Origin: a virus
Lineage: Duplodnaviria; Caudoviricetes
Strand: one strand, 5' to 3'
DNA length: 35,768 nucleotides
IMG/VR virus record: IMGVR_UViG_3300031152_000005
Location: 1-35,768 of that record
Shown here piece by piece: positions 26,543 through 34,849 of this stretch. Both the position numbers and the translations under genes were made by a program. Under the pieces are notes generated by a model. It was given only the letters and a program-made list of their open reading frames with translations. It made no database searches and was not told the origin of the DNA. Numbering within the stretch: position 1 is the first letter of the stretch; each line of letters starts with the position of its first letter.

Positions 26543-27288
26543 AGCCGGCCGATCCTAATTTGGTGGCTTTATTCGATAGCGTCAAGAACTTCGTTATGTG
26601 GGAGGAGTACACATTCTCATTCCCAGACCAAAGTACGTTAGTTCTGTCCACCAAGGACGTAGACGCCACCGTGTCATACCCGCCACCGCCACCGCCACCG
26701 CCACCGGGCATACCTTGGTTGTTGGATACGTTCACAGGCACGCTCGGGGATACACTAGCCACCCATGTGGGCGAGGTGGGTGCTGCGTGGTCGGCTGGTA
26801 CTGCGTCGGCCTCAGACTTCGTGCTCACTGGCGACGGCAACGTCCAATACACGGCGGGGCCGGGTACTGTGATCGCATCTGGCCTACCGCCGTCAGGAAC
26901 CGCAGACTTCTACCTGGAGTTGGAATTTACCGTGTATGAATTTGACCAAGCCGAGATACAATGCACAGTAGGAGGATCTCAGGGTGTGCGCATGAAGCCA
27001 TTTGGGTCCTCTGGCGTTGTAAAACTTGACACGGTCATAGTAACAGGGTCAGACTTTAAAATCAACACGTACAATACCGGGCTGCCCATGGGTGCTGGGG
27101 AGTCGTACGTTGCTTGGTGCGAAGTCACGGACGCGCGCAAGACAGTTACTTTCGGTGTGGGGGCCGCCAGAGGCTCGGGTGCGGTAGCTACACTGACTCT
27201 GATAGGGACTCTGCCCACGGCTGACGCTACGATTATGTATATATCCGGACCCACAAGTTTGGTGTCGCGCATAGAGGGGGGTGTGTAA
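26539..27288 (+). CDS. Tail protein: DUF2163-like N-terminal ~47 aa + poly-Pro + unknown beta domain
   Basis: ATG 26539 (ATGA overlap); MKPADPNLVALF...YTFSFPD.STL..ST.DVD then P9 then LLDTFTG... Confidence 0.7.
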   Translation: MKPADPNLVALFDSVKNFVMWEEYTFSFPDQSTLVLSTKDVDATVSYPPPPPPPPPGIPWLLDTFTGTLGDTLATHVGEVGAAWSAGTASASDFVLTGDGNVQYTAGPGTVIASGLPPSGTADFYLELEFTVYEFDQAEIQCTVGGSQGVRMKPFGSSGVVKLDTVIVTGSDFKINTYNTGLPMGAGESYVAWCEVTDARKTVTFGVGAARGSGAVATLTLIGTLPTADATIMYISGPTSLVSRIEGGV

Positions 27289-27290
27289 TC

Positions 27291-28004
27291 ATGGCGGATG
27301 CTCTTGTTCGCAGAGGGGCCATAAGCAACAAGGTGGGTTTGGAGGTGTCTGATTTGAACGTCACCTTGGTTGTAAACCCTCTTGTGCTGAGAGGCAATAC
27401 GCCGTTGGCGCTGTTTGCAGCGGATGGGGGGTTTGACGGAGCGACGTTGGTAGTTCAAAGATTCTTTTCTGCCAACTGGAGTAGTGCCCAGGACGTAGCG
27501 CTAAGTTGGCCTCTACTGCTTTTTGCTGGGCAGGTTGCCGAAGTAGACGTCACAGCGTCTGAAATAGACATGGTGGTAAAGTCGCACGCAGAGCAGCTCA
27601 ACAGGCCTCTGCCCAGAAACGTTCATATGGCGTCCTGCATAAATACCGTGTACGACGCCACTTGCGCGCTGTTCAGCGGTAACTTCGCTGTAAGCGCTAA
27701 CGTGGCGAACGGTAGCACACCTTTGAGTATTCTCACAGATTTAGCTGAGTCTGATGGTTATTTTGACTTGGGTGTGATTACGTTCACTAGCGGTGAGAAT
27801 AACGGAGTAGTTAGAACGGTAGCGAGCTACGCTAATTCTCAAGTAAGTGTTGTGCCTCGATTGTTGGTGGCCCCCAGTTCTGGCGACACCTTTACCGTGG
27901 TGCCGGGCTGCAATAAGTCGTTGGTAGCTTGTAATTCTAAGTTCAACAACTTAGAGCACTTCAGGGGATTCCCATTCATACCCACGCCGGAAACATCTTT
28001 GTAA
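27291..28004 (+). CDS. Baseplate hub protein, DUF2163/BR0599-like, lacking the usual N-terminus
   Basis: GLEV..L.V, G.FDGA, LFAG.V, CINTVYDATC, GDTF.V.PGC.K...C..KF.N..HFRGFPFIP. Confidence 0.85.
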   Translation: MADALVRRGAISNKVGLEVSDLNVTLVVNPLVLRGNTPLALFAADGGFDGATLVVQRFFSANWSSAQDVALSWPLLLFAGQVAEVDVTASEIDMVVKSHAEQLNRPLPRNVHMASCINTVYDATCALFSGNFAVSANVANGSTPLSILTDLAESDGYFDLGVITFTSGENNGVVRTVASYANSQVSVVPRLLVAPSSGDTFTVVPGCNKSLVACNSKFNNLEHFRGFPFIPTPETSL

Positions 28005-28011
28005 GGCCGCC

Positions 28012-28464
28012 ATGGACGAAAGTTGGAGAGTAGCCGTAGTAGCTGAAGCCATGACGTGGTTGCGCACCAGGTGGCAACACCGCTGCCGAGTCAAGGGGGC
28101 CGGCGTGGACTGCGGTCAGTTTATAGCTGCGTGCTTTGTCAACACCGGTTTGGTAAGCGAGGTAGTTGTAGACAAGTACCCCAGGGACTGGATGCTTAAC
28201 AAAAGCGACGAGTTGTTTCTGGGAGTCGTACGTAGATATCTTGTACAGATAACGAGCGAGCCTCTGCCGGGGGACGTAGCGGTGTGGAAGTACGGCCGCG
28301 GATTCTCCCACGGAGCTGTAGTGGCAGGGTGGCCTACCGTCATACACGCAACTTTGTCCGCCCGACAAGTTTGTTTGGCAGACGCCAGCAAAGGCGAACT
28401 TATGTACAACAAAGACGGGTCTATCCGTGACGTGCTGTTTTTTTCCTTGCCACCTAGGGGTTAG
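28012..28464 (+). CDS. NlpC/P60-family tail-associated peptidase
   Basis: EA.TW..T...H...VKGAGVDC (Cys), PGDV, SHGAVV (His), VIHA. Confidence 0.9.
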   Translation: MDESWRVAVVAEAMTWLRTRWQHRCRVKGAGVDCGQFIAACFVNTGLVSEVVVDKYPRDWMLNKSDELFLGVVRRYLVQITSEPLPGDVAVWKYGRGFSHGAVVAGWPTVIHATLSARQVCLADASKGELMYNKDGSIRDVLFFSLPPRG

Positions 28465-28466
28465 AC

Positions 28467-30638
28467 ATGGGGTTTCTGTTTAATAAAAGCAGCACAATAT
28501 CCAACACTCAAAACAAAGTGGGGGCTTTGCGCATACAGTCCAGTACCCAAGGACTGCCTCTGCAGTTAGTGTACGGAACCAACAGAATAAGCCCTAACTT
28601 GATTTGGTATGGGGACTTTACAGCCGTGCCGCACACAGAGACTTCCGAGGCCGGAGGCAAGGGCGGCGGTCAACAAATTAGCAACACCTCGTACACATAC
28701 ACGACCGCAGTGGCCTTGGGTCTGGGGGAGGGGGCTTACGTAGGGGCCGAGGATCAGCAACTTCTGAGGGTTTGGGCCGGCAAGGACATAAAGACCGCTT
28801 CGGAACTGGGCTTGTCGTTCTTTGGGGGTGGCTTGGGTCAAAACCCCTGGGGGTACTTAGTGACTAACCACGCTGATCAGGCGTTGTTCTACCCCTTTTA
28901 CGCGTACGTGGCGGCTGAGGCGTTTCCGTTGGGGGAGTCTGATAGTCTGCCTAATTTGTCATTTGAGGTTAGAGGTATACCTACGCCGCAGGGAGAAGCT
29001 TACAGCGTATGCACGCCAGACGCTAACCCAGGCTTGATCATGGAAGATCTTATTAACAATGCACGCTATGGATTCCAGTTCGGCTCCCTGAACGGCGTGC
29101 AGGTGGACGTGACGGACTTCGCAGACTACTGTTCTGTAGCGAACTTCTTTTGCTCGCCAGTTTACGCGGAGCAACGACCTGCGGCAGATATCCTCGAAGA
29201 ACTGGCGTTAATGGGCAATTCAGCCATTGTGTGGTCCTACAGCACCCCAGCCGCCGATTCTTTTGGCATAAAAGTTGTGCCGTACGGTGATCTGGAAATA
29301 AGTAGACAGCCTAAACTAGCAGGCAACGGACCTTCGTGTAGTCTGGGGTCCGTAGCAACGTTCACTCCAAATTTAACGCCTGAATACAGTCTAACCAACG
29401 ATGATTTCCTAGCCGCTCTGGGCGAGCCGCCTGTAAGAGTGATTAGAAAACGCCAGGCAGATACTTACAACGTGGTACAAATAGAGTGCTTGGACAGAGG
29501 TAACTCTTACAACAGCCACGTGGCAGAAGCCAAAGACCTGTTGGACATACAGACGTACGGCGTGCGCGCCAAGGACGTGATATCTTTGCACGCCATATGC
29601 GACCCAGAGATAGGCCGCGCGTTGGCCCAGGTCATTTTGCAAAGAAATCTGTACATACGCAACACGTACGAATTCACCGTGGGGTGGAAGTACGGCAGGC
29701 TGGAGCCGATGGATATTGTGGCTTTGACCGATATCAACATAGGATTCACTGAAAGACCGGTTCGCATAGTGTCGATAACAGAAAGCGAGTCTGGACAACT
29801 CTCCATGACGGCTGAAGATTTATCTGTAGGCGTGTCCACCCCTAGCAACTACGGCTTTCAAAACTCACAAGGTTACGTCACCAACAACAACGTGGACCCG
29901 GGGCAAACCAACGATCCAGTGGTGTTCCAACCGCCTGTGAGTATCAGCGGAATCCCGCAGATATGGATAGGGGCCAGCGGAGGGCCTGATTGGGGCGGGG
30001 CGCAGGTATGGGCCAGCGATGACGACGCCAGTTACAGCAGGGCGGCCACCATAACCAACCCTGCTAGATACGGTGAGCTAACAGCAAACTTCCCAGCTCA
30101 TAACGACCCCGACACGGTAAACACACTAAGTGTAGATCTAACAGAATCCGGCGGGGCTATCTCTTCGGCTACCGTAGCTCAAGCTGACGCGGGAGACACA
30201 CTCACATACCTGGAGGGCGAACTCATAGCGTATACAGACGCCACGCTGACCGCGCCTTTTGAGTATGACTTGGACACTTACATACGCAGAGGGCAAAAAT
30301 GCACAGTGCCTACTGCTCATTTGGTGGGGGCCAAATTTATGCGCTTGGACTCTGCAGTGCAGAAAGTTGACATATCAGAATCCAGAGTTGGCTCCACGAT
30401 ATACTTGAAACTGCTCAGTTTTAACAAGACAGGAGGGGGCTCTTACACTCTGGATCAAGTGACGTCTATACCCTACGTAGTGCAGCCGGTGGGGGTGGTA
30501 GTTACGGGCGGGGCCGTCCCAAGCACGATAGCTGCTGGGCAAGTGTTGTGCATACCGCCAGACGCTCAGTACAGTGTGCTAGGAAGAATGACGTGCGACG
30601 GTCGCATTAACTGCGACGGTACTTTGATAGTAACGTGA
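28467..30638 (+). CDS. Tail tip/host-specificity protein (gpJ/Phage-tail_3-like)
   Basis: 723 aa; VYG.NR...NLIWYGDF, GGKGGG, LPNLSFEV, DANP, LEPMDIV, W.GA.VW.S.D, YLKL.SFN..G. Confidence 0.88.
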   Translation: MGFLFNKSSTISNTQNKVGALRIQSSTQGLPLQLVYGTNRISPNLIWYGDFTAVPHTETSEAGGKGGGQQISNTSYTYTTAVALGLGEGAYVGAEDQQLLRVWAGKDIKTASELGLSFFGGGLGQNPWGYLVTNHADQALFYPFYAYVAAEAFPLGESDSLPNLSFEVRGIPTPQGEAYSVCTPDANPGLIMEDLINNARYGFQFGSLNGVQVDVTDFADYCSVANFFCSPVYAEQRPAADILEELALMGNSAIVWSYSTPAADSFGIKVVPYGDLEISRQPKLAGNGPSCSLGSVATFTPNLTPEYSLTNDDFLAALGEPPVRVIRKRQADTYNVVQIECLDRGNSYNSHVAEAKDLLDIQTYGVRAKDVISLHAICDPEIGRALAQVILQRNLYIRNTYEFTVGWKYGRLEPMDIVALTDINIGFTERPVRIVSITESESGQLSMTAEDLSVGVSTPSNYGFQNSQGYVTNNNVDPGQTNDPVVFQPPVSISGIPQIWIGASGGPDWGGAQVWASDDDASYSRAATITNPARYGELTANFPAHNDPDTVNTLSVDLTESGGAISSATVAQADAGDTLTYLEGELIAYTDATLTAPFEYDLDTYIRRGQKCTVPTAHLVGAKFMRLDSAVQKVDISESRVGSTIYLKLLSFNKTGGGSYTLDQVTSIPYVVQPVGVVVTGGAVPSTIAAGQVLCIPPDAQYSVLGRMTCDGRINCDGTLIVT

Positions 30639-30645
30639 GGACCAA

Positions 30646-31050
30646 ATGAGCGAACTAGTACTGACTCAGCAAGCAAATCCAGGCGCCATGGGGGCCAATC
30701 TAGCGGCCGTGTTTGTGGACACTGCAGGCCAACCCTCGTTCGTAGGCAGCGACGGAGCCGCGAAGAAACTGATGGACTCAAACAGGCCAGTGGTGGCTAG
30801 TAATATCACGATCACGCCAGGGCCAATCACCATGAATTTCCCCGCTGGTAGAATCATTTTGTCTCCGGGGGCAAACTCTACGCTAGTAATTAACTCATTC
30901 GTAACAGTCAATACATTGGTGTTCGCGATGGCGGCTGCGAACGACTCTACCGGGCGTGTAACCGCCGTAGAGTCAGGAGCGGGTAATTTCACTGTGTACT
31001 CAACGGCCCCCGCGGCTAACATGCCGGTCAATTTCCTTGTAATCAACTGA
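30646..31050 (+). CDS. Small beta-rich putative tail/fibre protein
   Basis: GAGGA SD; AGR......S..V.NS.VT....V, G.FT, V.FLV.N C-terminal pattern. Confidence 0.65.
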   Translation: MSELVLTQQANPGAMGANLAAVFVDTAGQPSFVGSDGAAKKLMDSNRPVVASNITITPGPITMNFPAGRIILSPGANSTLVINSFVTVNTLVFAMAAANDSTGRVTAVESGAGNFTVYSTAPAANMPVNFLVIN

Positions 31051-31062
31051 CCGGAGTGGATC

Positions 31063-31401
31063 ATGCCTATAAAAACAGACATGGATCAGTTTTCGTTGCA
31101 GGTGGTAGTGTCTGCGGCAGCTGGAGCCTTGGTGAGCTTGAGGGCCATACCAGGCTCGACCCTAGCCGAGAAGATCGTGGCGTTGTTTCTTGGGTTCATT
31201 ATTGCGGTATTTCTCGGGCCTGCGTTAGTTGAGTGGGCCGGCTATACCGCATCGAAGACAGCGGCCGGCATCGTATTTATTACGGGCGCGGCGGGCTTGG
31301 TCGCTGTATCGGCGTTTCTCGACGGTCTGAAGCAAGTACCGTGGAAAGATGTCATTACCAACGCGCTCACTTTCGGTAAGAGGAAAGGTCAAGACAAATG
31401 A
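31063..31401 (+). CDS. Putative holin
   Basis: 112 aa, three hydrophobic segments, basic C-terminus (GKRKGQDK), end of late operon. Confidence 0.7.
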   Translation: MPIKTDMDQFSLQVVVSAAAGALVSLRAIPGSTLAEKIVALFLGFIIAVFLGPALVEWAGYTASKTAAGIVFITGAAGLVAVSAFLDGLKQVPWKDVITNALTFGKRKGQDK

Positions 31402-31751
31402 CAGCAGCCGCACTATTTAACATCGTTATGCTCTCTTTGCAGGTCACGTCGCTACTGGCTATAGTACACCCGCGAATTCAGACAGGATTCTGGGTGACCA
31501 TAGGATTTGCAGGGGTGTTCATGGGCGCCGCCTCCGCGTTGGATCCCAGCTTCGATCAGCACAAGGCTATGTTGCTTATGGCCTCTGGGCATTTGATCGT
31601 AGCCGCGGGGGTTGTCGCCAGGAGCGCGAAGGCGAATAAAAACTGCCGCTCCCGCGGTCAGCGCCGCAGGGCGACAGATGATTTGGTCAACGGCGGTTGG
31701 TCAAAGCCAGCTGGTCACGGCGCAGGTAGGTCCCCCGTCAACGAGTCGTAA
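31398..31751 (+). CDS. Three-TM membrane protein, holin-adjacent
   Basis: Three hydrophobic segments then basic tail with RRRATD; ATGA overlap with the holin. Confidence 0.65.
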   Translation: MTAAALFNIVMLSLQVTSLLAIVHPRIQTGFWVTIGFAGVFMGAASALDPSFDQHKAMLLMASGHLIVAAGVVARSAKANKNCRSRGQRRRATDDLVNGGWSKPAGHGAGRSPVNES

Positions 31752-32239
31752 CGCTTTTCGCATTCGAGGCTGGCAGATCGGACTTTGTCGAGTTCGGTGT
31801 CAGCCTCTCCTGCCAGCTTTGTGTACTCTGCAGCGCACGCTCCGAGAATGTCGGCGATGAGCGCGGAGGCGTCCTGGCGGGGCTCGGAAGCGGTGGAATT
31901 CGAGGGCAAGCTGCACCCTCCTGCAAGGGTGGCTGCGTCGCGGCGCAGGCGGTCAGCGCCGGCAGCAAGAGCAGGGCCAATCTTAGCCCGGTCCGCTTCC
32001 AACCTGGTTCGGTAGTTTGACATTTCACGATCGATTCCTTTCGCTTCTTCGGCGCGCCGGCCTTCTTCCTCGCGCGCGACGTCAACTGATTTGATAACCG
32101 CCAAGGCCCTGGCGTTACGCTCCTCCAATAGTTGGTTGTGAAACTTCTCCGCGCGGAGGTGCTCGGCCCCTCCCCACGCGGTCAGCGAAGCGACAAGCAA
32201 GCCTGCCGCGAGGAGCGGCAGCGACGTAATTGATAACAT
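31715..32239 (-). CDS. Rz: Rz-like inner-membrane spanin
   Basis: GGAGG SD before ATG 32239; single N-terminal TM, long Ala/Glu/Arg helical region, A...D.......CE..YD.L ending; contains nested lipoprotein ORF. Confidence 0.8.
   Translation of the reverse strand: MLSITSLPLLAAGLLVASLTAWGGAEHLRAEKFHNQLLEERNARALAVIKSVDVAREEEGRRAEEAKGIDREMSNYRTRLEADRAKIGPALAAGADRLRRDAATLAGGCSLPSNSTASEPRQDASALIADILGACAAEYTKLAGEADTELDKVRSASLECEKRYDSLTGDLPAP
31738..32028 (-). CDS. Rz1: Rz1-like outer-membrane lipoprotein spanin nested in Rz
   Basis: AAGGA SD before GTG 32028; LALLLLPALTA-C lipobox; Pro-rich mature part (CPRIPPLPSPARTPP); fully embedded in another frame of Rz. Confidence 0.8.
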   Translation of the reverse strand: MKCQTTEPGWKRTGLRLALLLLPALTACAATQPPLQEGAACPRIPPLPSPARTPPRSSPTFSERALQSTQSWQERLTPNSTKSDLPASNAKSVTTR

Positions 32240-32241
32240 GG

Positions 32242-32454
32242 CTACCTCCAGTAGGTGACGCCATCGTTGCAGACGTACGCGCTTCGAGTCCACTCGCCAT
32301 CACGATCAGCGCGCAGCGCCCCCACTTTGCGGCATTCGTGTTGTGCCGCAAATTCTTGCCACTTCTTGTAGTCGTAGTGTGTGTACGCGACCAGAGCGGC
32401 AATGGCAGCCACCGCTAGGGCGTAAACAGGCAAGTTTGAGTCAGTCACTGTCAC
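32242..32454 (-). CDS. Small membrane-anchored phage protein
   Basis: N-terminal TM then W..F...HEC.KVG...CNDGVTYWR. Confidence 0.7.
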   Translation of the reverse strand: MTVTDSNLPVYALAVAAIAALVAYTHYDYKKWQEFAAQHECRKVGALRADRDGEWTRSAYVCNDGVTYWR

Positions 32455-33185
32455 CTCGCTTTGGCGGCGTAGCCACCGTCAACTACCATTGAAGTTCCTG
32501 TGATCCACTTCGAGCGATTGGACAACAGGAACAGAACTGCCTCCGCTACATCTTCAACTTTGCCGAAACCAAGTGGGTGGGCGGCGGCGTAAGATGCGGT
32601 GGCCGCGGGCGGGATCTTCGATACCAAGTTGTCGTGCAGCGGACTTTCGAAGCCTCCCGCGCGAACGCAGTTCACACGAACCTTGGGCGCCAACTCTACC
32701 GCGGCGCATCGCACCAGAGCCTCCGCAGCAGCCTTGGCCGCTGAGTAGGCGGACAGGCCTGGTACGCCTTGCACCGCGGAGGCAGACGACATAAACACCA
32801 AACTAGCCATGTCTGCGCAAACACTCTTCCTGGCGGCAGCTCTGAGCACGGCGCTGATGGCGGTCACCTCGTCCAAGGCATTGAATATTTCGTCTCTAGG
32901 GCTTGCACTTCTCAGAGGGGACAAGGCGGGGGTGGCTGCGCAAAACAGCACGCCGTCCACCGGCCCGAACTGCGACAAAGATTGCGCCAATTCTTCGTGG
33001 TTCAGTTTGTCGTTGGGCGAGCTAGCCACCACCGCGCCGTTCTGCCTCAGAAGCGACAACTTTTCAGGATTACGGCCCACCGCAAGCACCTTGGATCCGG
33101 CGCAAAGCAATTGCTGGGCAACGTACAACCCCAACCCGCCAGTAGCGCCGAACACCGCGTACTTCTTGCCTTGAAATTCGTTCAT
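32451..33185 (-). CDS. Short-chain dehydrogenase/reductase (FabG-like ketoreductase)
   Basis: GATGGLG Rossmann motif, VFMSS, YSAAK catalytic YxxxK, RVNCV, WITG....VDGG; start ATG 33185 (ATGA overlap). Confidence 0.92.
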   Translation of the reverse strand: MNEFQGKKYAVFGATGGLGLYVAQQLLCAGSKVLAVGRNPEKLSLLRQNGAVVASSPNDKLNHEELAQSLSQFGPVDGVLFCAATPALSPLRSASPRDEIFNALDEVTAISAVLRAAARKSVCADMASLVFMSSASAVQGVPGLSAYSAAKAAAEALVRCAAVELAPKVRVNCVRAGGFESPLHDNLVSKIPPAATASYAAAHPLGFGKVEDVAEAVLFLLSNRSKWITGTSMVVDGGYAAKAR

Positions 33186-34150
33186 AGCTCGAACCCTTCC
33201 ACGTAGCAATCTTGAGGCAGAGTCAGACGCGCGCCGGCCCACGCCCAACCAGCGCCGAAGCCGAGCAACGCCAGATCCAAGGCGCGCGGACGGGCGCCGC
33301 TAAACAGCGACGTGACGAGAAGCGGAATGGACGCTGACGAGCAATTGCCGAACTTCTCTATGTTGCACGGTATCTGCTCAGTCCGCAGTCCGCAGTCCGC
33401 CACGATCTTGCGCCGCAGAGCGTCGATCATCATTTTGTTAGCCTGGTGTAGCAGCACGTAGTCGGCCCCCGGGCGGTCCAGCAGCTCCCGAGCCATATGC
33501 GGTACGTTGCGCAGGACGAATTGTAGCACCTCGGCGCCGTTCATACTGAGAGTATGGCTGAGGTCAGCTCTCAGGTGCTCTGCGCCGCGGCCGTCCGAAC
33601 CCACCGTGAACTTCTGCGTATGTACAGGTACACGCCAGAGGTCCAGCGCAGTAGCGCTAACGGCATCGCCGAACAGCGGCCGGGTCGCTCGGTCGGCCGG
33701 GTCGCATATGGTACTTGTGGAGTCGCCTACCACAAGCAATGTTCTGGCGCTGGAGTTGACGCCCATCAACTGCCCAGCCAGCCACAGGCCCATTACGTAG
33801 CCGGAGCAGCTCCAGTTCACCGGCACTACCGCGCAATTTCTCGGCAGCTCCAGTTTGTCGTGAAGTTCGTACGCCCCCGCGGGGACGTCCACGTAGGGGG
33901 TCTGAGTGACGTGGATAAGAGTAGTGACGGAGCTAGGCTCCCACCCCAACTCAATCAGCAGCTTCTGCGCTGCGAACAGTTCCATGTCTTTTTGATCGTA
34001 AACGCTGCGGACCCACCTGCGGGCTACCACCCCGGTAACCTTGGACGCCTCCAGCGCTCCGTCTATTTGGGCGTTAAGCACCTCACCCTTGGGCACCACG
34101 GTGGTGACGCCGCGCAGCCGTAGGCTATTTGCCGTTGCCGCGCAGCTCAC
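33182..34150 (-). CDS. fabH: 3-oxoacyl-ACP synthase III (KAS III)-like
   Basis: Intact Cys-His-Asn triad: NWSCSGY, LLHQAN, FGNCSSASIP; also VTQTP, LFGDA.SA, MNG.EV..F, GFGAG. Confidence 0.93.
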   Translation of the reverse strand: MSCAATANSLRLRGVTTVVPKGEVLNAQIDGALEASKVTGVVARRWVRSVYDQKDMELFAAQKLLIELGWEPSSVTTLIHVTQTPYVDVPAGAYELHDKLELPRNCAVVPVNWSCSGYVMGLWLAGQLMGVNSSARTLLVVGDSTSTICDPADRATRPLFGDAVSATALDLWRVPVHTQKFTVGSDGRGAEHLRADLSHTLSMNGAEVLQFVLRNVPHMARELLDRPGADYVLLHQANKMMIDALRRKIVADCGLRTEQIPCNIEKFGNCSSASIPLLVTSLFSGARPRALDLALLGFGAGWAWAGARLTLPQDCYVEGFEL

Positions 34151-34365
34151 TCTGCCCCCGCCAATCTGAGCACGTCCAGCACGGTACTGCAGTCAGAAAG
34201 CGACTGGCCGCTCACCTGACAACCGTTCGCTTCGTCGATGGCGATCATCGCAGAGAGCACAGTCAGCGAGTCCCAGTTAGTCAGCAACGTCGTTTCCTCC
34301 ACTGACGGCAACTCCAGAATCTCCGCCAACTTGATCATCAGTTCCTGCTTGATTTTCTGAGACAT
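34147..34365 (-). CDS. Acyl carrier protein
   Basis: About 72 aa, acidic, WDSL phosphopantetheine serine motif, TV.DV ending; directly upstream of KAS III (alternative starts 34368, 34374). Confidence 0.85.
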   Translation of the reverse strand: MSQKIKQELMIKLAEILELPSVEETTLLTNWDSLTVLSAMIAIDEANGCQVSGQSLSDCSTVLDVLRLAGAE

Positions 34366-34849
34366 CATCTTCACCTTTGATAAGACCTTGTTGCTTCAAC
34401 ACAAAGTAGGCGTCGCCAGACGCCCATACGGATTTGAGCACATCTTCGTACGGCAGACCCAGAGCCGCAAAGGCGCCGCGCGCAACCAACTCGATCATGA
34501 CAGCGCCGCAGCGAGCTTCTTCCCAGTTAGGAATCATCAGACCGCGGTCCATGACGGAGTGGGCTGTCTGGAGAAGGCGCGATGCGGCGTTGACAAGATC
34601 CTCCACGCCAGGATCCAACTTGTACTCGTTGACAATACTGGCCACCGATATCATGGTAGTGGCCAGGCCGTTCGCTACGGCGCGCAGATCCCTCTGTACA
34701 GACAAAGCATCGTCGGTGGTGAAGGTCACCGCGTCGCGCAGATCCTTTCTGGCGTTTTGAGTAGGCTTCAACTGCACCACGTTCGCGGTCAGAGCTTCAG
34801 TGTCGGCGGCAGGGTCACTGCCGCGCACCAAATCCGTTTCGAATTTCAT
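34277..34849 (-). CDS. Hypothetical helical protein
   Basis: ATG 34849 overlaps the upstream stop (ATGA) with GAGGT SD; 3' end overlaps ACP by about 90 nt. Confidence 0.7.
   Translation of the reverse strand: MKFETDLVRGSDPAADTEALTANVVQLKPTQNARKDLRDAVTFTTDDALSVQRDLRAVANGLATTMISVASIVNEYKLDPGVEDLVNAASRLLQTAHSVMDRGLMIPNWEEARCGAVMIELVARGAFAALGLPYEDVLKSVWASGDAYFVLKQQGLIKGEDDVSENQAGTDDQVGGDSGVAVSGGNDVAD

Noticed and set aside
32451-34365. ACP-FabH-SDR read as host fatty-acid synthesis genes marking a prophage boundary
   Set aside because: Order and partners differ from the plsX-fabH-fabD-fabG-acpP-fabF operon, and the genes are overlap-coupled to phage ORFs; no att site or integrase seen
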